Source of the DNA: Carcharhinus amblyrhynchos | Taxonomy: Eukaryota | Direction: 5' to 3' | DNA length: 64,000 bases | Assembly: GCA_965287045.1 (NCBI GenBank) | Contig: OZ336885.1 | Location: forward strand, 65,224,001 to 65,288,000 | Part shown: positions 13,763 through 27,359 of the stretch, piece after piece | Layout of the letters: each line of letters starts with the position of its first letter | Numbering within the stretch: the stretch's first letter is position 1 | Notes under the pieces: generated by a model | Database searches by the model: none | Told to the model about the DNA's origin: nothing | The model's input: the letters and a program-made list of their open reading frames with translations, nothing else | Position numbers and translations under genes: made by a program

Positions 13763-15393
13763 CTTTGGGAGAAAACAGAAAACCATTAGTATCCAAAATT
13801 GATTTTTTTTTAAATCGTAACTCATTTTTTTTTACTCTAACAGGAATTCTTACATCCAGCACTTCACTCAGTAACTCAGCCACAAACAATGCCGTGCATG
13901 AATAGAAACATGCGCTTGGAGAGTATTGCACACTTTCAATTAAACATGGATGTGATGAAAACATGACGAGTAACATTTTGTGAGAACTAAATCGACCATC
14001 ATTCGTCTTGGAAAAAAAAAGCAATTTTACTGGACTAACAACAAAATGAGCGTCCTCTGAACTGTATTCTTATTGAGTTTGAGAAAAGGCAGGTGCTTCG
14101 CCTGGTGTTGACAAATGGTCACCAATATGAAGTTTCATTGTCATAGTTTGTTCATTTCTTATTTCAAGTCAGATACATGAATATAAAGAAGTCAATTTTT
14201 TGGAGTGACTCCTGGAGATATTGTCACTTTCGTCGAAACAAGTGAACTTCAGGATCAGAAGCAGCACTCGAATTTGCAAATATGAAGGCAATAGTCATGG
14301 AAAAAGTGTGTTGCTGAAATGTTGCTGAGAGTGAATTCAGTTTGGAGGACAACAATGCCAACTTTAGTCTTAGCTGTGTCTATTTGAATAGTTCCTAATT
14401 CAACAGGAACCGTATGCAAATACATGTTCTCTCCAACCATATAAGATGTCACAGCGGTAGTTCTGCACTTATCTATAAAAGATACATCAATGAAATATTA
14501 CATGTTGCCACACACAAATTTGGCAGGTCACTTGGCAAAACAACCTCTGGGGAATCTGCAATAGTCAATAAGTCTGAAGACATGGAGGTCAAAACATCTT
14601 CATCCAATAACATTAAAAAATAATAAGGCTGTTGTGGAATTTTTGACAGTCTTGTGAACAGATGCAATTCATTCACCAAAAGCATTGAAAAAGAACCCTT
14701 CCGAATGACTGCATTCTATTATGACTCGCATGCAATTTATATTGTGTTCAGACAAGCACAGTTGATACGGTAGATTTTCTGAGGTTGGATTTCTGCAGAA
14801 TATAAATCCATAACTTTCTTGATTTCTCAAAATGTGAATTCCTTGGCATGGGAATAATGGAAGGCTAATTATCAAAGCAAAAGAAAAGCATGTGAAGCTG
14901 CCTAAAATCACATAACTGGCTGAGATTTTTTTTTCTCACTTTGAATTCACAATAGACTTACATAAAATAACACTTCTTCTAAATTGTTTTCTAACTTGAA
15001 TGGTATTATACGTTTGTACAAACCAACAGAATTAAACTGGGCATAACAGGGTCTTTTACACGTCAATGTCAGCAAAACGCTCTTGCTTGCCGCATAATCG
15101 TGTTCCAATCTGCAGCATCACCAGGCACGCATTTGGTCCGTTTGTTCAAATTTTGAAAAAAACATTCCACCTTATACCAGAACTGTACGCTACGGTGGAC
15201 GATCACCTGTTGTTCACGCTAGTGTTGTGTTGCTATTGCAAAGACGGTGCAGACCTGTGGTCGCATAAGCACGAAACAGACGGCGGTGATTCGGTTACAG
15301 GGGAGAACCATTGTGATTGCCAGGGCTAGAAAGTTCTTCCGTGGCGGAGAAATCGATTGCTTTCATGGGTAATTTCGTACAGATCTCCGTTAC

Positions 15394-15420
15394 TTTTTGT
15401 GCTGCATTTCTCTGATCTTC
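15394..15420 (-). CDS. Candidate 27-nt microexon, phase 1: GRSEKCSTK
   Basis: acatttctgcag|GAAGATCAGAGAAATGCAGCACAAAAA|gtaacg; weak donor; KC motif shared with neighbouring exons. Confidence 0.4.
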
Positions 15421-16076
15421 CTGCAGAAATGTTCCTGGCACTATGGTATTTAAGTAAAGCAGATATCTTTGAAACACAGTTCGAATGTGGAAGTGCGTAT
15501 TTACAAAGACGTAATTTAAGACAGTAAATAATTACAATATCAATATTTTTGTTTTAAATGAGAACAATGTTTTCCTTCATGTGATTCTCCCCATCGAATT
15601 GGTTTCTCGTGGACTGTGTAACTTCATTAGCAATATCTGACAAAAAAAAACAGCGCGACGTTACGGTCTCAATTGTCCTCAAAATGAAGAATCTCTTCCG
15701 AGTTGCAAGGATTGCAATTGTCCTCCGCTCGCCCGCGTCATTTACCGTGGCTGGTAAGGAAGATGTCAAGATTCAAATTATTATAACAGGAATACTGCAA
15801 TTTTTAAAGCTTTACATGTGTTCCTTCTACACAATATTTTAAATATTCTCAATAATTTGAGCCAAATTATTATTGACGCGACATAGTTCCCCATTTAAGA
15901 CATACCTCCCAAATTGGTACCAGACTTCAACTTTTATGAGAGTTGTCGGAAATTTATGTGCGGGATTTCAGGGGTTTTTTTTAGCTTAAGGTTAAGGTTA
16001 AGGTATCCGGCTTTTCCTTCGAACGTTTTCATTTGTTTCCCTATTTCTACGTAATCAGTGAGCCTCTTGCACTTAC

Positions 16077-16097
16077 CTTTGTTGCATTTGTTTGTTT
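16077..16097 (-). CDS. 21-nt microexon, phase 1: ETNKCNK
   Basis: ttttcccatcgaacaatgcag|AAACAAACAAATGCAACAAAG|gtaagt. Confidence 0.7.
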
Positions 16098-16351
16098 CTG
16101 CATTGTTCGATGGGAAAATATAAATAAGCGTCTGAATTTCTGTCCGAAATGAACCAGACATCCGACAATTACAGAACAAAAACAAACAGCTTCTGCCTCG
16201 ATCTCTCTTTGAAACACATTCATCTTTCAATCAAAATATTAGGTGTTGTAACCATTGGGAAATTGAGCGACGTCTCCACTAATCGTTCTATCTATCTGCA
16301 TCTTCAGCCAATTACTGAAAAAAAAAAGTGTGCAGCGTTTCATCCACTTAC

Positions 16352-16372
16352 CTGTTTGATATAAAATCTTTT
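16352..16372 (-). CDS. 21-nt microexon, phase 1: (E/Q)KILYQT
   Basis: Poly-T tract then atacgaaatag|AAAAGATTTTATATCAAACAG|gtaagt. Confidence 0.65.
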
Positions 16373-16633
16373 CTATTTCGTATAAAAAAAAGCTAGTCAA
16401 AATTCTGCCCAACAACTAACAAATTTATGTGACGAGAAACACAAATTAAACCTCAATTTTAGGAGATACATTTCTTTTCATATGTATTATTTCAAGCAGG
16501 CTCGTCATTCAAAGCTCATATGTTCAATACTGTAGCACAGTCGTCAACAGTGATGCATGGTGAGTTAAAATCAAATGCAATGTCGAAAGGTTGAAAGCAA
16601 ACAAAACGAAAAATGAAGACAATCAAAACAAAC

Positions 16634-16757
16634 GCCCTGGTTTTCACGGCACGGCCGCCCAAGGCTCCGAAGATCGCGGCCGAGGCCAAGGAGGAATGCC
16701 ATTCTGCGAGCCTCGACCGGCCCGATTTCGGGGCGGCCTTGCCAGTAAAATCCAGGC
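16634..16757. mobile_element. GC-rich hairpin MITE-like element
   Basis: 5' end cctggttttcacggcacggccg pairs with the reverse complement of 3' end cggccttgccagtaaaatccagg; internal arms are also partly complementary. Confidence 0.65.
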
Positions 16758-19215
16758 TAAAGTACGAGTGAAGGAGATCATGCCAATTTCTACAAACCGT
16801 GACCTAGCCCGCTTTTTTTTACCGTTTTGTGTTTTAGCGAACATGAAAATACAGTGGAAAGTATGTGGGCGTTTTTTTTTCCAAGAATGTTGGCACACAT
16901 ATGTTGCCTACGCTTTGAGGGTAAGTTGATTTATTGGAACTTTTCCCAATGCAGAACGAAAAAATTGGCAGAGGATTGTTTGGGACTTTCTCAATCTCGT
17001 GCGGGCCGAACCGGACACGTGTTTCGAGGTGGGTGGAGGAAGATAACCATTCCGTTTTTTGTGTCCATTTCAGGACTCGTCACTACTTTTGTCAGAACGG
17101 AATGAAATCGAAAATTATTTACCAACAAAAGTCAGTATGTTTATTTTCTTCATTCTTGGGGTGTGGGTTTCGCTGGCACAGTCAACAATTGTTGCACATC
17201 GGTGAGGATGTTTATGAGTTAACCAATTGTTTTCCGTCCGGAATCAGTTGTAGTCCAAACCAGGTAAGCAAAACAGATTTATTTCCTAATGGCCACATTC
17301 GCATGATGTGTTTTTTTTTCCTCAAACGGCGATGAACAACGATGCACCTATTACGCATTGAATATTTTCAGTTAAAGTAAATTGTGGCCATGGCCACTGA
17401 AAGAATTTGACTGAGATTTGATATCTTTAATCGGTTATGGGATGCTTTAATATCTGGTGACATGATTTGATTGTGATGTCATTAGTCTGTTGCTCACAAT
17501 TAGATATATTACTCCAGCTTTTTTTTTAATGTTCAAAGTTCACTATCTCCCGTGGTGGGCTGTTAATATTTGTCCAGTGATCATTACCCTGTGTCTCTGT
17601 ATAACATTTCCACTAGCGACAATACCGTGACAACATGAAAATACTATGAATTGTTTAGCGAGACACTTAGCCAATAAGCATGTTGAACAGGATGACATGT
17701 TTTATTCTATTGCACACAACGTTCTGAAATGTCGCTGTACATGATTGGAAAATAATAATCTAGTATTTATCTGGACAATTCTTCTCCTGAAACTAGTATT
17801 GCATTGTTTTGATGTAGGGTAGCGACAGAACGACAATCATCAGGCCACTCACATTCAATTAGAACTTCTGTAGTAAAATTTTCAACATTAATGACGAAAC
17901 ATTTTTTTCATCCTTCGAAATGATTCAGATAAATCATACTACAAAAGCTTAATATGGCGTTGCAGAGGACAGTAAATATTATGTCTGAACTCTGTAAATA
18001 ATTCGAAATGAATATGCTGCAACTGTGGAACGCACATATGTCTTAGCCGTGAAATTATCATAAACTAACTTTTTCTCTGCTTGTGGAAAGATATATTATT
18101 TTGACCATGCGTATTATCGAAAAATCTATGCGTATGTTTGACGTTCCTGACATTGCTGGAATGAAATGCAAATTAAACTTACTTGCTCCTTAATAGGACA
18201 AAGGATGCTTTTTTTGGTGGGGTGGGGGGGGGGGGTGCAGAAATGGGTCGTGGTCTTCTAAGATTTTGGAATGTTTCTTTCACGCGCTGAAAGAAAAACT
18301 TTGATCAGAAAATTTTTAAAGTAATTTCTCAGTGATTGTAGCAAATTTCGTGCTTATAAATTTAGCTGATTTGTTGGACCATATGTATGTATTATTTCAA
18401 TAATTCAATTTTTGAACAAATGTTTAAACACCTGAGCAATAATTTGTAAACCATTACCGCTAGCGATCAGTCTTAGATCACCAAAAGTTGCAAAGCAAAA
18501 CTTCAAGTGTTTTACTCGTTTCTTCAGTTGTAGCAGATTGCCTTATCTGCCCATTGTGAGTATCCATCAGACGTGCCCAAGCACATGCAACTCGGAAACA
18601 GTCCAGGAAAAGGTGTTTGCAACGAGTGCCATGGAACGTTAGCACACCTCGATGTGGTAACGAAAGCAATGGTTTATTTCTTGTTTGTGCGCCGAAATGG
18701 CACTGTCCTTTTTTTTTAATCATGCCATCACCAGAAAATGGTATGCATGAATTCCTTCGTGAGAATCATAATTTGATTTCCTTCTTGCTGCTCGTCTATT
18801 AAACGTCAATACAGATCAGGGGGAATGTTCACCAAATTACTTCAATGGACATCCAACTTGGAATGCAAGAAACATATTTCTTCCAACAAATGGCTTCGAA
18901 TTAAGATGTAGAAGGTATGTTCAGAATAATGTTCCTTTCTGTACGAAATTCATTAGTCTCCTTGTCCTGAGATGATGTCAGCTATGTCCCAGAATGCGAC
19001 ATGATGTTTGGATTCAACGTCTGAAATGTATTATCCAAATATTCTGTCGCATCTGTTCCACAACTAAAGACACGCGTGACCATGACACAGAGGCAGCATG
19101 ACGTACTGATTGGTGAAAAACTATGTTGCAGGAGTGTGCACCTAAGCGTATTCACCGTTTTGTTTTGCAAATCGTAACAACTTAAGAACGCCCACCACTG
19201 TAAGTCCCAGTGAAA

Positions 19216-19748
19216 ATGATGTGGATATGCCGGCGTTGGACTGGGGTAAACACAGTAAAAAGTCTGACAACACCAGGTTTAAGTCCAACCGATTTATTTG
19301 ACAGTAAACTCACAAGCTTCGGGTGTGTCCCTTCGTCAGGTGAATGGAGAGTTCTGGCCTCAGACAGAGCATGTAAAGCACAGACAGTTTACAGATTACT
19401 GATTAGAATGCGAATCTTTACACCTAATCTGCTGTTCAAGTCCTAAAGTGGCCGACAATGTGAATGGAAGGAGCACTGATCACAGGTTAAGGAGATGCGT
19501 ATTGTCTCCAGACATTACAGTAAGTGAGGTTTTACAAACCCAGGCAAGTCACAAGGGTAACAGATAGTGCAACATGAGCCCAAGATCCATGCTGAGACCG
19601 TCCTCACGTGTGCGGAACTTAGCTATCAGTCTCTGCTCAGCGACTCTGCGGTGTCTTGTGTCGTGAACGCCGCCTTGGAGAATGCATACCCGAAGGTCTG
19701 AGGCTGAATGCCCGTGACCACTGAAGTGGTCGCCAACAAGAAGGGAAC
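19216..19748 (-). mobile_element. PLE family A 3' fragment with 13-bp TSD
   Basis: Homologous to 2950-3420; flanked by agtcccagtgaaa at 19203-19215 and 19749-19761. Confidence 0.9.
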
Positions 19749-19768
19749 AGTCCCAGTGAAAGCCAGCA

Positions 19769-20820
19769 GATCATATTTCAGGTCAATGTCGGCGCTACAT
19801 CTTAACCTTTGCATAATATTGCGATCAATGGAGATGTTATTCATTCCGAAATTTTGCTTTTTGCAGGAGTCATACCCCATAAATCTGTCGAATAGGTTTT
19901 AAGTTGTTTATGTGGCATGCAATGTTATCTGGAAGATATTATAATTGCAGGGTCCAGTGACACATAATGAATGACTTAATAGGTTCGAACAGAAAATAAT
20001 TTGAAAAAGCCATCATGCAATGGAGAGCAATTCAGTCAGGTTCATTGGACAGATCTCTTCTAAAATAGCGTTCTGCCTTCTGAAGTCTTCACATCGACCA
20101 TTAATACCAATAACGGGGTCAAAATGGCTGAACTGGAAAAACTAATAAGTGGATATCGATGATGATTCAACGTTAAATGACGTTTATACATGCACATGCG
20201 TAGTTTTGCACGCCGAATGCACAGAGCAACGGCTACAGTCGTCGGAAGCCAAAGAATGTGACGTGACAGTCTCCATTCCATCAGGTAAAGAATGGCAAAC
20301 ATCCGTCTTTAACTTCGCTGTATGTTTGATTTGGTGTGTGTTGTCGAGTGTCATGGATGTCTCACCCATAGTGAATTAGTTAATGTTTTCGAACATGACA
20401 TCATAATTTAGCCATCGTGCAATGAACGACAATTCCGTCAGCTTCGTCGAACATGTGTTTTCTAAAAGACAGTTCAGCCTTCTGCTGTCTCTCCGTAAGC
20501 CATTACTGTCAATAACGGGGTCAAAGTACTTGCCTAAAAAAAAGAATGATACACTTCACTACGTGATATGCAAAACATAAAAAGGATTACATTCCAAAGA
20601 TACTTCCAAATAACTACGTGATTTTTTTGTTTTGTTCACTGGACCCTATACTTATGATACCTTACAAATAATTAGTCCGCCGCATCTGTTCATTAGACAT
20701 GTGGGCTATGACTCCTTTAAATGGCAAAATTTTGGAATTCTTAATACCTCCACTGGTAACAATGTAACAATGTTATGCAAGAGTTGTGATGTAGCGCTTA
20801 CTTTGATCTGAGTAAACGCT
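19769..20820. mobile_element. Old non-autonomous DNA transposon with ~125-bp TIRs
   Basis: 19769-19895 is a diverged reverse complement of 20685-20820 (shared gcgctacatc, ttgcataa, aaattttgc, aggagtcata); internal direct repeat at ~20028-20123 and ~20411-20525. Confidence 0.7.
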
Positions 20821-22830
20821 TCTGATAACAAACCAGTGGCTTTTAGTTTGTTTTATTGTCATCCAATCATGTGGCATGGATGTCCAGGTTTTATTGGCCA
20901 TCTTTAGTTGTGATGGTGCTGCTGAGCTTACTTCTTGAAACGTTAGATCTCACGTGATGTAGGTTGACCCAAAATACATTTAGAGAGAGAATGCCAGGAT
21001 GTTCTCCCGCTAACAACAAATTAAAGGCCATACATTTCAAATCATGATGTTGAGTGTTTACGAGAGGAACTTGCAGGTGACTTATATCTGTTGCACAAGT
21101 CCTTCTCAATTGAAGTGGTCGTTTCTCTGAAAGGTGCAATCCAAGTTGTTTTGGTAAATTTTAGCAGTGGGTATTATAGTTACTTTACACTGCTGCTCCT
21201 CAGTGTGAGTTGTGGATGAAATAGATGCTGGTGGATGTGGCACCACTCAGTAGGGTAGGGGAAGCTGCACACATTAAAGTCTCTGTGAAGTTTCACATCA
21301 CGCTCCTTACTGGCACATTGTAGATGGCTGGCAAGCTTTGGTGAGTTAGGGTTTGTGTTACTCGCTGGCATATTTCCAGTTTTTCTTCTGCTGTTTAAGA
21401 AATTGTGTTTTCGTGGCGAGTCCAGTTGAATTAATTCCAAACACCAAAACCAAAAACTTGACAGTGTGGGAATCAGTGATTAAATGTCAAGGAACGGTGA
21501 CCTAGACTGACCCAGACTGTCTCCTATGGCGATGGCCATTGCCGGCCATTTGTGTGAATGTTTCATGAAACGTTTTTGATTGGTAATTGTTGGATCTGAA
21601 ATGAACTGTTTCAGCATTTGATGTGCCGTCAAAAGTGGTGAACGTTCTGCAACGGTCCATAAACATCCCCATTTCTCAACTTATAAGGAAATCAGCTGAA
21701 TATTGTTGGACTAAGGACACTATCCTGAGGGAATCCTGCAAAGATATCCTGAACCTGATATAACAGATGCTCACATCCACAGTCATCTTCATACTCGTGA
21801 CTTATGACACCTAACAGAGCAAAAATTTCACGCAGGTACACATCGATTCTTGCTGTGACAGGCTTCCTTGCGTTCTTGAAGCCACTGGTTCCGACTCTCA
21901 TCTCACTTCCGGAATTCAACTATTTCATCAATGATTGCACCAAAACTGTATGTGGTATAGGAGCTGAGATTCCCTGGCGAATCCCAAATTGTGTTTCACT
22001 GAACAGGTAATTGCTGTGCAGGGTCTGCTTCAGAGCTCTGTTGAGATCGATTCTATCACTTTTCTGATTATCTATAACAGACTGATTGGCCGTTAATTGT
22101 CGAGTTGGTTCGCCCCGTTTTGTGCACAGGATGTGCATTGTTGTGCATTTCAACTGTACTGTTTTAGTTGTCCTGGAACAACTTAGGGGGCAGGAAGTTG
22201 TTTTGGAAAAATATCAAGTATTATCGCTGGAATGTTATCAGTGTAAATTCTCTTTGCCTTACCATATGGCCTTTAACAGTTTCTGTGATATGGATTTGCC
22301 GATGTTGGACTAATCATTAACCTCTGAACGAGCGGCATTCTGAAAGTTCATGCTAACAAATATATCTGTTGGACTTGAGCTGTGATGTTGTTCAACCAAT
22401 TCAACAAGTGCTTGCTATAACTTGAATTGAATCGAATTTAATGGAGACTGGCACCTGCGAAGCTGGGAACCACTGGAAAGCCTGATATGGATCATCTTCT
22501 TGGCAAATCTGGCTGAAGTTTGCTGCAAAAGTTTCAACCTTATGTTTTACACTGAGGTGATGAGTTTCACCACCACTGAGGATTGGGGTATTCGTGGACC
22601 TCCTTCTTCAGAGAATTGCTCTATTGCTCAAGACCATTCACGACTTGAACTGGCAAGACTGTAAATCCTGGATCAAATCTGTTGGAGGTGCGAACAGTTA
22701 GCTCTGATTATCACTTGTTGTTTATGCTGTTTGGCATGAAAATAGTTTTGTTCTGTTTCTTCACCTGGTTAACACGTCATTTTAAAGAATATCCGGAGCT
22801 GTTTCTGGTACGATCGCCTGAATTCACCCT

Positions 22831-23750
22831 TAAGAACATAAGAAATAGGAGCATGAGTAGGCCATCCAGACCTTCAAGCCTGCACCGCCGTTCAATAAGA
22901 TCATGGCTGATCTATAGTGGCTCAGTTACACTTTCCCGCTTTCTCCCCGTAACCCTTAATTTTCCTGCCAACAAAAAAAAACTATCTACCCGTATCTTAA
23001 ATATATTTAGCGAGGTAGCTCCACCACTTCAACGGGCAGAGAATGCCAGAGATTCACCACACTTTGAGTGAAGAAGTTCCTCCTCAACTCCGTTCTAAAC
23101 GGACCACCCCCCCCCCCTTATCTTGAGGCTGTGCCCTCTAGTCCTGCTGTCCTTTCTGGGCGGGAAGAATCTCCCTACCTCTACCCGATCCATCCCCTTC
23201 ATTATCTTATACGTCTCTATAAGATCCCCCCTCATCCTTCTAAACTCCAACGAGTACAGACCCAGTCTATTCAGCCTCTCTTCATAGCCCAACCCCCTCA
23301 TCTCCGGTGTCAGCCTAGTGGACCTCCTCTGCACTCTCTCCATGGCCACAATATCCTTGCGCAAGAGCGGCGACCAAAAATGCACACAGCACTCCAGTTG
23401 CGGCCTCACCAGTGCCATGTACAGTTGCAGCAAGACCTCCCTGCTTTTTATATTCTATCCCCCTCGCTATAAAGACCAGCATCCCGTTCGCCTTCTTGAT
23501 GACCTGCTTAACCCGCAGTCTGGGTTTTTGCGACTATTGCACAAGGACCCCTAGGTCCATCTGCACCGTAGCATGCTGCAGCTTTTCGCCCTTTAAATAG
23601 TAATCCCTCCTACTATTATTCCTGCCAAAGTGGATAACGTCACAATTGTTAACATTGTACTCCATCTGCCTGGCCCTCGCCCACTCGCTCAGCCTATCTC
23701 GATTTCTCTGCAGACTTTCCAAACCCTCTGCACAATTTGCTCCGCACAAT
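22831..23750 (-). mobile_element. Young 5'-truncated CR1/HER1-type LINE
   Basis: ORFs 23534-23749 (LQRNRDRLSEWARARQMEYNVNNCDVIHFG) and 23095-23433 (LYMALVRPQLECCVHFWSP); possible ttaa TSD. Confidence 0.95.
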
Positions 23751-24167
23751 TAAACGAGGGTTGTTCTGCTGTCTTGGTAGTAATGACAGATGGGGAGGAT
23801 ATGTCAACCCCTGAGATTAAATTTTGTGATAGGGCACTGTTTAGCAGCTGCGAAAAGCATATAATGCCTCATGGATGCAAGTCTTGAGTTGTTTGGAACT
23901 GTACGAAGTTCTTGAAACGTTATGGCCCGTTTACAGCAGCAGGAAAGCAACCAAAGGAAGGCTTAACGTGGTAACATGTAAGAAGTGTCATTGCCAGTGT
24001 TTAACCCGATGTTGTGTGAATGCATTTGGGATTTTTGGAAAGTTGGACAGTCCCAAAGCAAATCCCTCCAATTGTCTATCAGTATGCCAGCACCATCAAT
24101 TATATATTTATTTCCGGCAGTGGGACAGAACACATCTGGGTGTGGTAATGGTGGTGTCTGAGAAATT

Positions 24168-24293
24168 GACTGGGATTTTCCGGCCACTCTTGTCTTGAAA
24201 ATGGAAAATTCTGTCCAAAGTCAAAGGACGTCCCATGCTTCATCCCCAGCCCGCTCCGATTCCCGTGGCAGGCGGGACGGGACAATTCGCACA
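24168..24293. mobile_element. Short GC-rich MITE-like insertion
   Basis: gggattttcc...ggaaaattc inverted motifs; interrupts the LINE remnant. Confidence 0.45.
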
Positions 24294-26260
24294 CTTACCA
24301 TTAACATACGATTTCTTGTGAAATTCTATATCAGGCTGTTGCTTGACACGACCGTGAGACAACTGTCCCATTTTACGTACTCGCCTCCAGATGTCAGTGA
24401 GGAAATCTGCAGTGTGAACAGCATTTTTTTTTTTTCATTATTATTGTCATTGTCTTCTAGTGTCTAGGCTAATGCCAGATGGTCCATCAGTTTCATTCCT
24501 TGTAAGGAAGCGGGAAACAAATTAACGAAATTGGACAATGATTAGGACAAAACGCTTTATTAATAATTACGATAAAATCAGCAGAAATCATCACTGAACA
24601 TCCCGCTTTCAGGGCAGATATAATGCCCGTTTCCGTGTCTTTCACCTTAACCAGTTCTAACTCGTGACTGCACCTTCAGTCGTAAATAGTTCTTCGAGCA
24701 TGGGACAAATTGCTTTTCTCACCTCTCTAGACTTCATTTTTATTAACTGTTTTGCTTCATTTTGAATTTCCTTTGACCTCAATTCTATGATCCACCTTTT
24801 TTTTTCGAATGCACTCTCCGATTTACCAGGACTGTGCTGTAGATCCCTTTTGGTAAAGGCCAATATGCTGAATATACTCCCGTTACGGTTTGACTTCTAC
24901 AGCAATGATCACACGATTCACACTGGACTCAAGGAGAGGCAACTCTGCTACGTTTCCAACGACCTCTATGGTGACCATGATGTAACCATTTATTGGTACG
25001 CTGCATTCCTTCCATGCATTTGTAACTGCATCAGAGGGCAGTTTGCGAACAGTTTTCTTTTAGAGTTGAATGGTATGTATTCTTTCGAACTAAATATATA
25101 GCAGTGCATATACGCTTCGAAATCACCCAGGATATATCTGTTCACCCTAAATGGACAAGGTGTTGAGTGAGGTCATTTTATCTATTCCTCAATATTGCCA
25201 CATTAGGATTCAACACTATACAATCAAAAAGATGATCGTCAAGTGGCTCGCTAACCTCACTACATTGTGCACAACGTCTTAACCTTTCTAAAAGTGAGCA
25301 GTGTTTTCATCTTCCCCTTGATTCATTTGGAGAAAACAACTTGTTCCTTGATAATCAGTGGCTTTGCAGGTGAAGATGTTTTAACAGGAGTTTTGTCTTC
25401 TGGCTTTGCTGTTTGAACTAATTTCCAAAGAAATTTAAAAGTTTTACTTTCCATCGAACTGTGAAAGTCTGACATGAACACTTCGTCTGCAATTGTGCTT
25501 CCATGCCAATTGTATTGGAAGCGCTCCGCAAATACCCTATGATTAACCTAATTACTGCATTATTTGTGTTGAGGGGACAAAAGACATTTCTTACAAAACA
25601 CATCATTTTAATCAGATACATCTGATTGATGTGACTTAATAATCCCAACTGTGCAACAAAACATCCTGTCTCTTTTTTCGTTGTACCTGTCTTCCTGATA
25701 ATCTGCAATGTCTTGATATAATAATTGGAAGAAATAACCACCTTTATTAAAACCACTTAAAGACAATCGTTGCCCTTCTTCTTCGCGCAGACAGATCAAT
25801 TCCACCCCCCCCCCCCCCACTTGAATTATTCGAAATGTAAGGATCACCCCTCAACATTTGGAAGTCTTTTTTTTCCTCATTTTTCTCGGTCAAACAGAAT
25901 TGCAGACTGTCGCCAATTTATTTTTTTGTACATGCCTGGCTATGTTAGAATTGTAGTTATTCAGAGAATTAAAAGGCAGGTACTTGCAAATCATCTTCAA
26001 CACAAGTTCTATGCGTGTGGTTATTAACAGAAGCGAAAGTTTCAGAAGGGTGACACAGATTGAAAATAACACAGATCTGGTTTCAACAACGGGATGTTCT
26101 CTGTTCAGCAGTGAACATAGAAGGGAAAGTAAAAGTGCAGTGTCTGTCAACACTCTAAGTTCATCAACAACACATCATGAAGTGTGTGTGTGGGTGTGTC
26201 TCAAATTTACCAAAGTTCACGGAGGACTAACACAATTTGATATGACCCCTGAAGACTTAC

Positions 26261-26281
26261 GTAGTTCCATTTGCCGCAAGT
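26261..26281 (-). CDS. 21-nt microexon, phase 1: (D/H)LRQMEL
   Basis: ctcactgtatttttcttattttccag|ACTTGCGGCAAATGGAACTAC|gtaagt; very strong acceptor. Confidence 0.7.
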
Positions 26282-27359
26282 CTGGAAAATAAGAAAAATA
26301 CAGTGAGTATTACAAGCTTGGTCTGACCCTCAAAAGAATATTTCACATCCCACGTGTCACATCGAGTTCTCAGGAACCACCTTTAGTTTTATTGATTTCT
26401 CTCAAGGTAAATGGGAGAAAATGCGCATATTTTCATAAATTATGTTTGAAATTATAAACGGAACACAAAAAAATGATGCTAATTCCAAAGTTTCGTATAT
26501 GGCTTCTCATTTTAAATGTATTATTTTCCTGCAACTGCGCTACTTCTGTGGGGAGACGTTACAATTTGTTTAATGGCTGGACTAACTTGAAAATAAACCA
26601 GAATCTCAGACAAAGTCGTGGCAGTTTAGGGTATTTCCTAGTATATAATATATTCGTAGACACGGTTTGAAACACATTTGTACAGAGTTGAGAACATTGA
26701 AGTTATAGGGCGCTGCACATTACAATTTAGAGGAAAACTAATGTCAGGGAAGTACAGTGAAAACGAAAATAGATGGGGGAGGCGGCTTCCATCGTGGCTG
26801 GAGTTTTAACCGTTGCCCTGATTTGCACGATATGTTATTACGCTTTCATTAGTTCGGCTTGCTGCACGGTCATTTTATGAGACCAATTGATCTAAAAGCC
26901 AGCGACCCATACCAGCTGATGTTAATCACGAAGTGTACCCCTTCTCAGTTCTGCCGTCCACTTGAACGGATTGCCTTTTCTGGAACGTCAGTATTATTTA
27001 TCAAGTCCGAAAAAAAAACAAGATGCTTGGCTGTCCTTTCATTCACGACACTCACCGTTGAAGCAAAGCCGCATTAAGACACCGAATCTTTACTTGCGGT
27101 AACCGTTATTAGTTCCAAAGTTTAGAAACAGAAATGAAAGGGGATTTGATTTCGTTCTTTGACTGAACAAAGTACTAGTTCACGTATGGCGAGTCACAGT
27201 CGTGAATATGCATTTCATACAAGCAGCCATTCAAATTTTAAGTTTCAGCAGGGTCGTATAGAAATTACAAGCTAACTATTTGAAACTAGAAATAAACAAA
27301 TAACAGAAATAAACAAATAATAGTTAAAAAAAAATCCAACAACTTTTGCAAACAGCAAA

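Larger units (their letters stand above)
20880..24500 (-). mobile_element. Old CR1/L2-group LINE, split by a younger CR1 (22831-23750) and a MITE (24168-24293)
   Basis: AGFPQDSVLSPTIFS (ORF 21692-21919) resembles RT motif GVPQGSVLGPTIF; sequence resumes after each insertion. Confidence 0.75.

Noticed and set aside
13854-13874. Further exact 21-nt AG..GT segments on the minus strand (here, and near 8942, 14647, 33930, 44386, 51696, 61130)
   Set aside because: Stop codon in phase 1, purine-rich acceptor or location inside a CR1. These show the chance background for 21-nt candidates.
16500-16559. 60-nt plus-strand exon-like segment
   Set aside because: Isolated, with no supporting series or recognisable product.
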